Assembly (NCBI RefSeq): GCF_014280195.1
Contig: NZ_CP047960.1
Coordinates: 1,800,001 to 1,832,000 of the forward strand
Length of the DNA stretch: 32,000 nt
Source of the DNA: Synechococcus sp. A15-24
GTDB taxonomy: Bacteria; Cyanobacteriota; Cyanobacteriia; PCC-6307; Cyanobiaceae
Direction: 5' to 3'
Numbering within the stretch: the stretch's first letter is position 1; every line of letters starts with the position of its first letter. This document shows, one piece after another, positions 19,453 through 28,963 of the stretch. Below the pieces are notes generated by a model. That model was not told the origin of the DNA and did not search any database. It worked only from the letters and a program-made list of their open reading frames with translations. The position numbers were made by a program, and so were the translations under genes.

Positions 19453-20007
19453 ATGCCTGCGGGCTTTCAATCCACCCTGCTGCTGACCGTCCTGCTGGCG
19501 ATTGGCCTGGTGTTTTTCCTGCGCGCCGCCAGCAAGGACCGCACCACCGTTGTGGATGTGCACTCCCCCAGGCCAGCCCTGGAGGTGTTGAGCGGCCTGA
19601 GCGACTGGCTGGAGCAACGGGGCTGGAGCCGGGACGGCGGCGATGCTGATCGGCAGGTGTTGCGCTTCCGGGGGTCTGTGGCCGCCAGCCAACCGCTGGC
19701 CGTGTTGTTGTCCGTTCTGGCCGCCATCGGCGGCACCTGTTTCGGCCTGGTGCTGCGCCAGCTGGCTCCGCAGCTAAGCTGGTGGCCGCTGTTGCTGATC
19801 CTGCTCGGCCCTGTGGCCGGCTCCGTTTACAGCCGGCGGGCCGCCCGCACCGAGGCGCTGGAACTGCAACTGCTGCAGGAGCACAACGAAGCCGGCATCA
19901 CGGTTCGTCTTCGCGCGCACCGTGATGAGTTGATCGCCATCGAGCTGGAACTGGCGGACAGCCTTCAGCTCTCCAGTGACGGCTCCCTGCTGTCGTCACC
20001 GATCTGA
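19453..20007 (+). CDS. Conserved membrane protein, possibly of the cofactor-assembly-of-complex-C subunit B (CCB1)-like family
   Basis: 184 aa with an N-terminal TM helix followed by FFLRAASKDRTT, and two more hydrophobic segments. The family assignment is from memory of that motif and is unverified. Confidence 0.6.
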   Translation: MPAGFQSTLLLTVLLAIGLVFFLRAASKDRTTVVDVHSPRPALEVLSGLSDWLEQRGWSRDGGDADRQVLRFRGSVAASQPLAVLLSVLAAIGGTCFGLVLRQLAPQLSWWPLLLILLGPVAGSVYSRRAARTEALELQLLQEHNEAGITVRLRAHRDELIAIELELADSLQLSSDGSLLSSPI

Positions 20008-20015
20008 TCAGACGC

Positions 20016-20855
20016 ATGGCCTGGCACACCTGGAGTCATCAGCAACGGTGCGGCACGCATCTCAGCCTCGGTGGGCTGGCGTTGACGCTGCTGCTCTGCC
20101 CCGCCACGACGGCCCAGCCACGCCAGAACTGGCTCACCTCTCAACCAAAACCCGCGCCACAGGCACCCACGACGGTTCCAGCGACGCAATGCCCCGCCAG
20201 CGGCAACCCCGATCCCCTTCTGGGCCCTCGCACCCGCATGCCGGGACGCTGGATTGGGCGGGGTGCGGTCAAGCCCAATCAGTCCATCGTGGTGATGGCC
20301 GGCCACGCGGATTCCCAGGCCATGGCCAGTGCCGGAACACCGGGCTTCGCCGTGGACAAGCGGCGTCAGGCGCCGATGGATCCCCGCATGCGGGACGAGC
20401 TCTACTGGAACCTGCAGGTGCAGAAGGCCGTGGTGCGGCTGGGGCGAACCCGAGGTCTCAACATCAGCGCTTACACACCACCGGCACTCACCATCCGCAA
20501 CGACGAGGATCCAAGAACCAACTGGTCGCAAGCCAAGACACGTTCAGCCCGCGGCGACTACATCCTGGAGATTCACTTCGATGCCTACCGGCCCTACGGG
20601 TTCGGATCGGGTTTGATCCCGGCGATCAATCGGCCTCTCAATGCGCTGGACGAGAGCCTTGCCAAGGCCTTCGGCCGGTTCCCAAGACTTTTCCGTAACG
20701 GCCTCGGCGGTCCCCGTCGTGGCATCGGCATCCTGGAAATCGCGATGCTGGAGCCGCCGCTGGAGAACAAGCTGCGCAACCCTTCCACCCGCTCCCAGAC
20801 CCTGGAGTGCATCGCCGAGCGGGTGGTGAACGCCCTGGTTCAGGGGGTCAGTTGA
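20016..20855 (+). CDS. Exported protein, possibly an Amidase_3-like N-acetylmuramoyl-L-alanine amidase
   Basis: 279 aa with a signal sequence ([20 protein letters not shown]). The motifs [20 protein letters not shown] and [10 protein letters not shown] resemble the metal-binding segments of Amidase_3. It starts 8 nt after the previous gene. Confidence 0.55.
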   Translation: MAWHTWSHQQRCGTHLSLGGLALTLLLCPATTAQPRQNWLTSQPKPAPQAPTTVPATQCPASGNPDPLLGPRTRMPGRWIGRGAVKPNQSIVVMAGHADSQAMASAGTPGFAVDKRRQAPMDPRMRDELYWNLQVQKAVVRLGRTRGLNISAYTPPALTIRNDEDPRTNWSQAKTRSARGDYILEIHFDAYRPYGFGSGLIPAINRPLNALDESLAKAFGRFPRLFRNGLGGPRRGIGILEIAMLEPPLENKLRNPSTRSQTLECIAERVVNALVQGVS

Positions 20856-21939
20856 TGGCGCCGTGGGGGCGGCAGCGGTCCTCCAGGGATGCATCACCAA
20901 GCCAGTTCTGGGGTTTGGTGAACAGCTCCGTCAGCAGAGCTTCTCTGGACCCGGCCTCGGCCTTGAAGCCGTATTCCCAGCGCACCAACGGCGGCAGTGA
21001 CATCAGGATGGACTCGGTACGGCCGTTGGTCTGGAGACCGAAGATCGTCCCCCGATCCCACACGAGGTTGAACTCCACGTACCGCCCACGGCGATAGAGC
21101 TGGAACTGACGCTCGCGATCGCCATAGGCCATCGGATGGCGCTTCTCCACGATCGGCGCATAGGACGGGAGAAAGGCACGGCCATTGGCCTGCCCCAGGG
21201 CGAACAGTTGCTCCCAGCCCAGGGGACGAGCCCCCAGCTGAGCCGATACCCCTGCGGCGGGACCTGAAGGGTCCTGCCCCTTGTAGAGCACTCCGCTGGA
21301 ATCCTGATAGTCGTAAAAGATGCCACCAACGCCGCGGGTCTCACCGCGGTGCTTCAGGAAGAAGTACTCATCGCACCATGGCTTGAACACCTTGTGCAGG
21401 TCTGGATGGACCGAATCGCAGGCCGCCTGATGGGTGCGATGGAAGTGACGGGCATCCTCCAGAAAGGGGTAATAGGGCGTGAGGTCTGCCCCACCACCGA
21501 ACCACCACACCGGACCAGCCTCGAAGTAGCGGTAATTGAGGTGAACCGTGGGGATGTAGGGATTGCGCGGGTGCAGCACCATCGAGGTGCCCGTGGCAAA
21601 CCACGGATGCCCCTTGGCCTCAGGACGTTGCTTGAGGATTGAGGGTGGCAGCTCCTGGCCCTGCACTTCCGAGAAGTTCACGCCGCCCTGCTCGAAGACA
21701 CGGCCTTCGCGCATCACCCGGGATCGCCCGCCGCCTCCCTCAGGCCGCTCCCAGCTCTCCTCGACGAATGTCCCTTCACCATCGAGGGACTCCAGACCTG
21801 CGCAGATCTCATCCTGCAATCCCATCACCATGGCCCGAGCCCGGGCCCGGGAATCCTCAGGCGGCAGCTCCAAAGCCGGCGCAGCAATCCCATTGTTCTG
21901 TGGGCGGCCAAGCAGGCGTCGAACCAGGGAGCGAACCAT
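20848..21939 (-). CDS. hemF: Oxygen-dependent coproporphyrinogen III oxidase
   Basis: HemF signatures are present: [75 protein letters not shown] prefer the ATG at 21939 (MVRSLVRR) to the track start. Confidence 0.9.
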   Translation of the reverse strand: MVRSLVRRLLGRPQNNGIAAPALELPPEDSRARARAMVMGLQDEICAGLESLDGEGTFVEESWERPEGGGGRSRVMREGRVFEQGGVNFSEVQGQELPPSILKQRPEAKGHPWFATGTSMVLHPRNPYIPTVHLNYRYFEAGPVWWFGGGADLTPYYPFLEDARHFHRTHQAACDSVHPDLHKVFKPWCDEYFFLKHRGETRGVGGIFYDYQDSSGVLYKGQDPSGPAAGVSAQLGARPLGWEQLFALGQANGRAFLPSYAPIVEKRHPMAYGDRERQFQLYRRGRYVEFNLVWDRGTIFGLQTNGRTESILMSLPPLVRWEYGFKAEAGSREALLTELFTKPQNWLGDASLEDRCRPHGAIN

Positions 21940-22056
21940 GAAGGCAGACCATTCGATCGAAGAACCTAAACAGGTGATGCCAGCCCAAGACAACACTCCG
22001 TCAGGGACTGTCACGGGAGGGCGCCCCTAGGATCCAGCCCGCAGCAGCACAATCCG

Positions 22057-23133
22057 ATGGTTTCGGTCGAGCAGGCAAACGGCGTTCTTGCTCAGATCCA
22101 GGATGCGGGCAGCGGCCGTGCCGTGACGGAACTCAGCTGGATTGATCAGGTCCGGGTGGAGGGCTCCCGTGTGGTCTTCCGACTCGCCCTGCCCGGTTTC
22201 GCCCAGGGGCAGCGTGAACGCATCGCCGGCGAAGCCCGTCAAGCGCTGCTGAGCTTGGACGGAATCGATGATGTGCAGATCGAACTGGGGCAGCCCCCCA
22301 GCCAGGGGGGAATCGGTCAGGCCGGCCATGGACAACCGGCCGAGCGCCAGTCCATCCCTGGCGTCCGCCAGGTGATTGCCGTCAGCAGCGGCAAAGGGGG
22401 CGTCGGCAAGAGCACCGTTGCGGTGAATCTGGCCTGCGCCCTGGCGCAGCAGGGGCTGAGCGTGGGGTTACTCGACGCCGACATTTACGGCCCGAATGCA
22501 CCGACGATGCTCGGAGTGGCCGATCGCACACCGGAGGTGCGCGGCAGTGGCGACACGCAGCGGATTGTGCCGATTGAAAGCTGCGGCGTCGCCATGGTCT
22601 CGATGGGGTTGCTGATCGATGAACACCAGCCGGTGATCTGGCGTGGTCCGATGCTGAACGGCATCATCCGCCAGTTCCTGTATCAGGCCGATTGGGGTGA
22701 ACGCGATGTACTGGTGGTGGATCTTCCCCCCGGCACTGGCGATGCCCAGCTGTCCCTGGCCCAGGCCGTGCCCATGGCCGGTGTTGTCATCGTGACCACA
22801 CCGCAACAGGTCTCCCTGCAGGACGCCCGCCGTGGCTTGGCCATGTTTCGGCAACTGGGCATTCCGGTGCTCGGCGTCGCGGAGAACATGAGCGCCTTCA
22901 TTCCGCCGGATCGCCCCGAACAGCGCTACGCCTTGTTCGGCAGTGGCGGCGGAGCCACCCTCGCTGCGGACTATGACGTGCCGCTTCTGGCGCAGATCCC
23001 CATGGAGATGCCGGTGCAGGAAGGGGGCGACAGCGGACGCCCCATCGTGATCAGCCGGCCGGATTCCGCCAGTGCGGAGGAATTCCAGGGACTGGCTGAA
23101 CGGGTGCTTCAGCAGGTCACCGCAACGGCCTGA
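22057..23133 (+). CDS. mrp: Mrp/ApbC/NBP35-family Fe-S cluster carrier ATPase
   Basis: An N-terminal DUF59-like segment is followed by the deviant Walker A IAVSSGKGGVGKSTVAVNLA, LDADIYGPN and a CxxC-less cyanobacterial type. Confidence 0.9.
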   Translation: MVSVEQANGVLAQIQDAGSGRAVTELSWIDQVRVEGSRVVFRLALPGFAQGQRERIAGEARQALLSLDGIDDVQIELGQPPSQGGIGQAGHGQPAERQSIPGVRQVIAVSSGKGGVGKSTVAVNLACALAQQGLSVGLLDADIYGPNAPTMLGVADRTPEVRGSGDTQRIVPIESCGVAMVSMGLLIDEHQPVIWRGPMLNGIIRQFLYQADWGERDVLVVDLPPGTGDAQLSLAQAVPMAGVVIVTTPQQVSLQDARRGLAMFRQLGIPVLGVAENMSAFIPPDRPEQRYALFGSGGGATLAADYDVPLLAQIPMEMPVQEGGDSGRPIVISRPDSASAEEFQGLAERVLQQVTATA

Positions 23134-23135
23134 CG

Positions 23136-24374
23136 ATGACGACCAGCCGCGGACGACGCCAACAATCCAAGGAATGGATCCTCTGGGGCGTTCCGCTGGC
23201 CATGGTGGCCATCGCCGGCGTGCTGATTGCCAGCACCCAACGGCAGGCCGATTACGCCGATTGGTATCACCACTGGATCACGGCTGGAGTCGGAGCCTTG
23301 ATTGCCCTGGTCCTGGCACGCCTGCCACTGCAACGGCTGCAGCCGCTTCTAATCCCAGTTTACGGCATGACGGTTCTCAGTCTGATCGCCGTGCGTGTGG
23401 TGGGCACCACCGCCCTGGGAGCGCAGCGCTGGATCAGCATCGGGCCCGTCAATGTTCAGCCGTCCGAATTCGCCAAGATCGCGGCAATCCTGTTGCTGGG
23501 GGCTGTTCTGGCCCGTCATCCGGTGGAGCGTCCGGTGGATCTGCTGCGCCCACTGGGGGTGATTTCCATCCCCTGGCTGCTGGTGTTCATCCAGCCGGAC
23601 CTGGGCACATCACTGGTGTTCGGAGCCCTGATGCTCACGATGCTCTATTGGTCGGGCATGCCGATCGAATGGGTCGTGCTGCTGCTGTCTCCGCTGGTCA
23701 CGGCGCTGCTGTCCGGTCTGCTGCCCTGGGGGATGGCGATCTGGATCCCGCTGATGATGATCCTGGCTTTCCGGAGCCTGCCCTGGAAGCGACTGGCTGC
23801 TGCCATCACCGTTGCCATCCACTCCCTGATGGCCGTGGTGACCCCCTGGCTGTGGATGAACGGCCTCAAGGACTATCAACGCGATCGCCTGGTGCTGTTC
23901 CTCGACCCTTCCCAGGATCCTCTCGGTGGTGGCTATCACCTGCTGCAGAGCAGCGTCGGCATCGGTTCCGGCGGGCTGTTCGGCACCGGGCTGCTACAGG
24001 GTCAGTTGACCAAACTGCGCTTCATTCCTGAACAGCACACGGATTTCATCTTCAGTGCACTCGGTGAGGAAACCGGATTCATCGGCACGGTGCTGGTGGT
24101 GGCGGGCTTTGCCTTGCTGATGATGCGCCTGCTGCAGGTGGCCCGCCACGCCCGCAGCGATTTCGAATCGCTGGTGGTGGTCGGCATCGGAACCATGGTG
24201 ATGTTCCAGGTGGTGGTGAACATCTTCATGACCATCGGACTCGGACCGATCACCGGCATCCCCCTGCCGTTCCTCAGCTACGGGCGCTCGGCGATGCTCG
24301 TCAACTTCATCTGTCTAGGCCTCTGCCTGTCCGTGGTGCGGCAGAGCCGAGTCGGCTCACTGGGTCGATGGTGA
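23136..24374 (+). CDS. rodA: SEDS-family peptidoglycan polymerase RodA (FtsW/RodA/SpoVE)
   Basis: 412 aa and polytopic. It contains QPSEFAKI, IQPDLGT, GGGYHLLQSSVGIGSGGLFG, PEQHTDFIFSALGEE and ITGIPLPFLSYG. Confidence 0.87.
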   Translation: MTTSRGRRQQSKEWILWGVPLAMVAIAGVLIASTQRQADYADWYHHWITAGVGALIALVLARLPLQRLQPLLIPVYGMTVLSLIAVRVVGTTALGAQRWISIGPVNVQPSEFAKIAAILLLGAVLARHPVERPVDLLRPLGVISIPWLLVFIQPDLGTSLVFGALMLTMLYWSGMPIEWVVLLLSPLVTALLSGLLPWGMAIWIPLMMILAFRSLPWKRLAAAITVAIHSLMAVVTPWLWMNGLKDYQRDRLVLFLDPSQDPLGGGYHLLQSSVGIGSGGLFGTGLLQGQLTKLRFIPEQHTDFIFSALGEETGFIGTVLVVAGFALLMMRLLQVARHARSDFESLVVVGIGTMVMFQVVVNIFMTIGLGPITGIPLPFLSYGRSAMLVNFICLGLCLSVVRQSRVGSLGRW

Positions 24375-25708
24375 GCGACAACAGCCTCCAGGCCCTGCGG
24401 CAACGTCTGGCCCGGGACAGACGTCCTGGAGCCTGTGATGAATCCGGGGTGCGTCGCCTCTGGTGGGGCGCCCTCGAAATTCTTCAGGAGGAGCTGCTGA
24501 ATCGCGATGCCCAGGCGGGAATCTGGCTGGCCTCCCCGCTGCCAGCGCTCTACGAGCCCGAGCTTCTGGCCCATCTGCAGGGATGGGTGCTGGCGCCGGA
24601 GAACCTCGATCGCTTCAGTCCGTCCCATGCCGCCCTGCCGGGAAGTGGCGGCCAGCGGCCGGAGGGCATGCGTTTCCGTCGGCTGCCCCTGCACCCTGAG
24701 GACGGATTGGACCCCCTGCTGATCGTCATCACACCGACCCTGCAGGTGGCACTGGCCATCCATGGCGATCAAGACCGGCGTCAGCTGCTGATGCGCTGCG
24801 ACCACGACACCCTGGGCGATGCCCTGGCCCTGTTCGGAACGCGGCTGCAGGGTCAGTCCCCCGAGCTGGCTGAAGCCTTGAGAACACAGCTGACCGGTCT
24901 TGGCCCGCTGCACAGCGATCCCCAGCTCGACCAGCAGTTCTGGCCGCGGCTGGCGGAGAAGCTCACCGTGACGGCACCTAGCCTGACCCTGCAACCGACC
25001 CAGAGCAGCTCCGAATCAAACCAGGAGTCCTCCCACGACCTCAGCTTGCTGGAGGCCATTACCCATGAGGTGCGCACCCCCCTGGCCACGATCCGCACCC
25101 TGATCCGCTCGTTGCTGCGCCGCGACGACCTGCCCGCCGTGGTGCAGAAACGGCTTCGACAGATTGATGGGGAATGCAGTGAACAGATCGACCGCTTCGG
25201 GCTGATCTTCCATGCCGCCGAGCTGCAGCGCCAACCTGAGGGAACTCAGCTGGCCCGCACGGATCTCGGCTCCATCCTGCGCAGTCTGGAACCGATTTGG
25301 CGGGACCAACTCGAGCGACGCCAACTCAGCCTCACGCTGGACGTGCAGCCTGACCTGCCCGATGTGCTCAGCGACCCGAGGCGGCTGGAGCCGATGCTCG
25401 GCGGTCTGATCGACCGGGTCAGTCGGGGATTACCCGGCGGAACCGGCTTGCGACTGGAGCTGCAGCCGGCCGGCGCCCGCCTGAAACTGCAGCTTTTGGT
25501 GCAGATGGAGGACGGGCCGGCATCGACCGGGTCGGGTTCGAGCACCGAACAAGTGGGCACTGTGCTCAGCTGGGATCCAGCCACCGGCAGCCTTCAGCTC
25601 AGTCAGTCGGCCACCCGTCAACTGATGGCCAGCCTGGGCGGGAGATACCACGCACGACGCGATCGGGATCTCACCGTGTTCTTCCCCGTGGCACCGATTC
25701 CAACCTGA
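24368..25708 (+). CDS. Cytoplasmic histidine-kinase-like protein: HisKA H-box present, catalytic ATP-binding motifs apparently degenerate
   Basis: 446 aa with no TM segment. The H-box is LLEAITHEVRTPLATIRTL (His codon 25064-25066). A C-terminal region of CA-domain length lacks clear N, G1 (DxGxG) and G2 (GxGxG) boxes. The start overlaps the rodA stop (ATGGTGA). Confidence 0.7.
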   Translation: MVSDNSLQALRQRLARDRRPGACDESGVRRLWWGALEILQEELLNRDAQAGIWLASPLPALYEPELLAHLQGWVLAPENLDRFSPSHAALPGSGGQRPEGMRFRRLPLHPEDGLDPLLIVITPTLQVALAIHGDQDRRQLLMRCDHDTLGDALALFGTRLQGQSPELAEALRTQLTGLGPLHSDPQLDQQFWPRLAEKLTVTAPSLTLQPTQSSSESNQESSHDLSLLEAITHEVRTPLATIRTLIRSLLRRDDLPAVVQKRLRQIDGECSEQIDRFGLIFHAAELQRQPEGTQLARTDLGSILRSLEPIWRDQLERRQLSLTLDVQPDLPDVLSDPRRLEPMLGGLIDRVSRGLPGGTGLRLELQPAGARLKLQLLVQMEDGPASTGSGSSTEQVGTVLSWDPATGSLQLSQSATRQLMASLGGRYHARRDRDLTVFFPVAPIPT

Positions 25709-25819
25709 TATCAGGAACCGCTTTGTTGACGGGTGTGAAGGTTGCTTTCGCCAGCCAAATCAAGCCCCAACCACGGTGCTACTTTCCAGTCGTAACGGAC
25801 CGTCTGGATTACCGCAGCC

Positions 25820-26251
25820 ATGACAGCATCGGCGTTGAATGGTCAGCTTCCTCAGTTCATCGGCAGCACCGGTGGTCTGCTGAATGCCGCTGATACCGAA
25901 GAGAAATACGCCATCACCTGGACCAGCAACAGCGCTCAGGCCTTTGAGCTGCCGACCGGCGGCGCCGCCATGATGAATTCCGGCGAAAACATCATGTACT
26001 TCGCCCGCAAGGAACAGTGCCTTGCCCTCGGAACACAGCTGCGCACCAAGTTCAAGCCCCGGATCGATGATTATAAGATCTACCGCATCTTCCCCGGCGG
26101 CGACACCGAATTCCTCTATCCCAAGGACGGTGTGGTCTCCGAGAAAGTGAACGAAGGTCGCACCATGGTGGGTCACAACTCCCGGCGCATCGGTCAGAAC
26201 GTGAACCCCTCCAGCATCAAGTTCAGCGGTCGCAACACCTACGACTCCTGA
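25820..26251 (+). CDS. psaD: Photosystem I reaction centre subunit II
   Basis: 143 aa, with [55 protein letters not shown] typical of PsaD. Confidence 0.95.
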   Translation: MTASALNGQLPQFIGSTGGLLNAADTEEKYAITWTSNSAQAFELPTGGAAMMNSGENIMYFARKEQCLALGTQLRTKFKPRIDDYKIYRIFPGGDTEFLYPKDGVVSEKVNEGRTMVGHNSRRIGQNVNPSSIKFSGRNTYDS

Positions 26252-26266
26252 TCCATCGCACTGACC

Positions 26267-26285
26267 CCGCCCCTCACTGGGGCGG
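26267..26285 (+). terminator. GC-rich 7-bp hairpin after psaD without a U-tract (possible attenuator or terminator)
   Basis: ccgcccc (26267-26273), loop tcact, ggggcgg (26279-26285), then tgctgcaaag. It lies in the 52-nt psaD-trpE gap. Confidence 0.35.
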
Positions 26286-26303
26286 TGCTGCAAAGATGCC
26301 GTC

Positions 26304-27824
26304 ATGCTCAGTCCTGATCGCGTCGTCTTTCACGAGGCCGCAGCCAACGGTGCCAATCTGATTCCGCTGGCCCAGAGCTGGCCGGCGGATCTTGAAACCC
26401 CTCTGACGGCCTGGATCAAGGTCGGGGCCGATCATGCCCCTGGGGTGCTGTTGGAATCGGTTGAGGGTGGTGAAACCCTCGGCAGGTGGAGCGTCATCGC
26501 CTGCGATCCCCTGTGGACCGCATCAGCCCGCAACGATTGCCTGCAACGACGTTGGCGTGACGGCCGCGAAGAAACCTTGCGTGGCAATCCCTTCGACAGT
26601 CTCAGGCGTTGTCTGGAGCCTTACCGCTGCATCAGCCTGCCCGGACTGCCACCGCTCGGGCAGCTCTACGGCGTCTGGGGCTATGAGCTGATTAAGTGGA
26701 TTGAACCCAGTGTTCCGGTGCATCCGCGGCAGGTGTCGGATCCTCCGGACGGCATCTGGATGCTGATGGACGCGATCCTGATTTTCGATCAGGTAAAGCG
26801 ACAGATCACGGCCGTGGCCTTCGCCGACCTGAGCCAGGGTCAATCAGAAGACGCTGCCTGGGACGGGGCCATGGCGCGGATTGCAGCGCTCCGGCGGCAC
26901 ATGGAAGCCCCGCTCCCCCTGGTGGATCCCCTGCCCTGGGATGCGCAGGCCAAGCAGCTTCCCGATGTCAAGAGCAACTGCAGCCAGGAGCGCTTTGAGG
27001 CGGCGGTCGACACCGCCCGGGAGCACATCGCCGCCGGGGACGTCTTCCAGCTGGTGATCAGCCAACGCCTGGAGACGGTTGTTCCCCAGCAGCCGCTGGA
27101 GCTCTATCGCAGCCTGCGGATGGTCAATCCATCGCCCTACATGGCCTTCTTCGACTTCGGGGACTGGCAGTTGATCGGATCGAGTCCGGAGGTGATGGTG
27201 CAGGCCGACCCTACGCCGGAGGGCATCCGAGCCAGCCTTAGACCCATCGCCGGCACCCGTCCGCGCGGCACGACAGCCCATGAGGATCGCGACCTGGAGC
27301 TGGATCTGCTGGCCGACCCCAAGGAACGTGCCGAGCACGTGATGCTGGTGGACCTCGGCCGCAATGACCTCGGGAGGGTCTGTCAGCCCGGCACTGTGGC
27401 GGTGAAGGATCTGATGGTGATCGAGCGGTACTCGCACGTGATGCACATTGTCAGCCAGGTGGAGGGGCGTCTGGCCCCCCAGCACGACGTGTGGGAGCTG
27501 CTGATGGCATCCTTCCCCGCCGGAACCGTGAGTGGAGCCCCCAAGATCCGTGCGATGCAGCTGATCCATGAGCTGGAACCCGATGCCCGCGGCCCCTATT
27601 CCGGTGTTTATGGATCGGTGGATCTGGCGGGAGCCCTGAACACCGCCATCACGATCCGCACCATGGTGGTTCAACCGGACCCGTCCGGTGGTTGCAAGGT
27701 GAAGGTGCAGGCGGGAGCTGGCGTGGTGGCGGATTCGAAGCCGACGGCGGAATACCAGGAGACCCTCAACAAGGCCCGCGGCATGCTCACGGCCCTGGCC
27801 TGCCTCAACCCGGAGCGGACATGA
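26304..27824 (+). CDS. trpE: Anthranilate synthase component I
   Basis: 506 aa with the TrpE motifs LLESVEGGE, GDVFQLVISQR, NPSPYMAFF, RPIAGTRPRG, EHVMLVDLGRNDLGRV and FPAGTVSGAPKIRAM. Confidence 0.92.
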   Translation: MLSPDRVVFHEAAANGANLIPLAQSWPADLETPLTAWIKVGADHAPGVLLESVEGGETLGRWSVIACDPLWTASARNDCLQRRWRDGREETLRGNPFDSLRRCLEPYRCISLPGLPPLGQLYGVWGYELIKWIEPSVPVHPRQVSDPPDGIWMLMDAILIFDQVKRQITAVAFADLSQGQSEDAAWDGAMARIAALRRHMEAPLPLVDPLPWDAQAKQLPDVKSNCSQERFEAAVDTAREHIAAGDVFQLVISQRLETVVPQQPLELYRSLRMVNPSPYMAFFDFGDWQLIGSSPEVMVQADPTPEGIRASLRPIAGTRPRGTTAHEDRDLELDLLADPKERAEHVMLVDLGRNDLGRVCQPGTVAVKDLMVIERYSHVMHIVSQVEGRLAPQHDVWELLMASFPAGTVSGAPKIRAMQLIHELEPDARGPYSGVYGSVDLAGALNTAITIRTMVVQPDPSGGCKVKVQAGAGVVADSKPTAEYQETLNKARGMLTALACLNPERT

Positions 27825-28963
27825 CCGAAGGGCTGCTGCTCAAGGGCTTTGAAGTGGAGCTATTCACCGGGCGACCGGACGGCACCAACGTGGGAGTGGC
27901 CAGCGAGGTGGCCCGGGATCTCAGTGATTTCGTCACGGAACCGGACCACCGCAACCTGGAGTACACCACCCCGCCGATCAGCGCCTACGAGGCTCTGCCA
28001 GAGGCCCTGCTGCAACCACGCCGGCGGCTGCGCGAATGGCTGGCTCCCCGGGGGCTGACCCTGCTGCCGGGCAGCACCCTCAGCCTCGGCGACAGCAGCC
28101 GCTTCGAGCGATCGGATCCCACCAATCCGTATCACGACCTGATCGAAACGACCTACGGCACCAAGGTCGTGACCGCCAGCGTTCACATCAACCTGGGCAT
28201 CACGGACCTGGATTGGCTGTTCGCAGCCGTACGGCTGGTGCGTTGCGAAGCGGCCTTGCTGCTCTCCCTCAGTGCCAGTTCACCGTTTCTCGGTGGTCAG
28301 CTGACCGGCCACCACTCGCAGCGCTGGCATCAGTTTCCCCTGACCCCACGGCAGGTGCCGTTGTTTCTGGATCACACCCACTACATACAGTGGGTGGAGC
28401 AGCGCCTGGCCGATGGCCAGATGCGCAACGAACGCCATCTCTGGACCTCCGTCCGCCCCAACGGACCGCGACGGCCCTACGACCTCAACCGCCTGGAACT
28501 GCGCATCTGTGATCTGATCACCGACCCGGCGGAACTGCTGGCGATCACGGCTTTGCTGGAACTGCGGCTGCTGGAACTGCGGGATGACCCGCAGCGGCTG
28601 GATCCGCTCCAGGCCAGTGAACTCAGCGCAGAGGAGCTGGCGGAGCTGGCCGACAGCAATGACGCCGCCGCGGCCCGCTCAAGCCTCGATGCCACGCTCC
28701 AGCACTGGCAGGACGGCCGTGCGGTGACCGGCCGAGCCTGGATTGCCGAGATTCTGGAGCAATTGAGCCCCCGGGCCGAAGCCCTCGACCTCAGGGAGCG
28801 GCTTCAACCGCTGGGACGGCTGCTGGAATCCGGCAACCAAGCCATGCATTGGACAGCAGCCATTGAGCAGGGCTGCAGCATCGGAGACCTTCTGCGGCAG
28901 GGCAGTTGTGCCATGAAGGATCAGGAAGAATCCGTCGCCCCCCTGAGCGGCGCTTTGGGATGA
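27821..28963 (+). CDS. gshA: Glutamate--cysteine ligase, cyanobacterial GCS2-type
   Basis: 380 aa from the ATG at 27821, which overlaps the trpE stop as ATGA. It contains [20 protein letters not shown] and ASVHINLG. The track extension from 27692 lies inside trpE and was rejected. Confidence 0.78.
   Translation: MTEGLLLKGFEVELFTGRPDGTNVGVASEVARDLSDFVTEPDHRNLEYTTPPISAYEALPEALLQPRRRLREWLAPRGLTLLPGSTLSLGDSSRFERSDPTNPYHDLIETTYGTKVVTASVHINLGITDLDWLFAAVRLVRCEAALLLSLSASSPFLGGQLTGHHSQRWHQFPLTPRQVPLFLDHTHYIQWVEQRLADGQMRNERHLWTSVRPNGPRRPYDLNRLELRICDLITDPAELLAITALLELRLLELRDDPQRLDPLQASELSAEELAELADSNDAAAARSSLDATLQHWQDGRAVTGRAWIAEILEQLSPRAEALDLRERLQPLGRLLESGNQAMHWTAAIEQGCSIGDLLRQGSCAMKDQEESVAPLSGALG

Noticed and set aside
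13098-28959. N-terminal extensions offered by the ORF track for purM (13098), the lpxB-like gene (16479), the small protein (17950), rnd (to 19096), hemF (to 22014), gshA (27692) and ppc (28906)
   Set aside because: The extensions overlap the preceding gene or the tRNA, use non-ATG codons, or precede the conserved family N-terminus. I chose internal ATGs, or TTG/GTG for the lpxB-like gene, instead.
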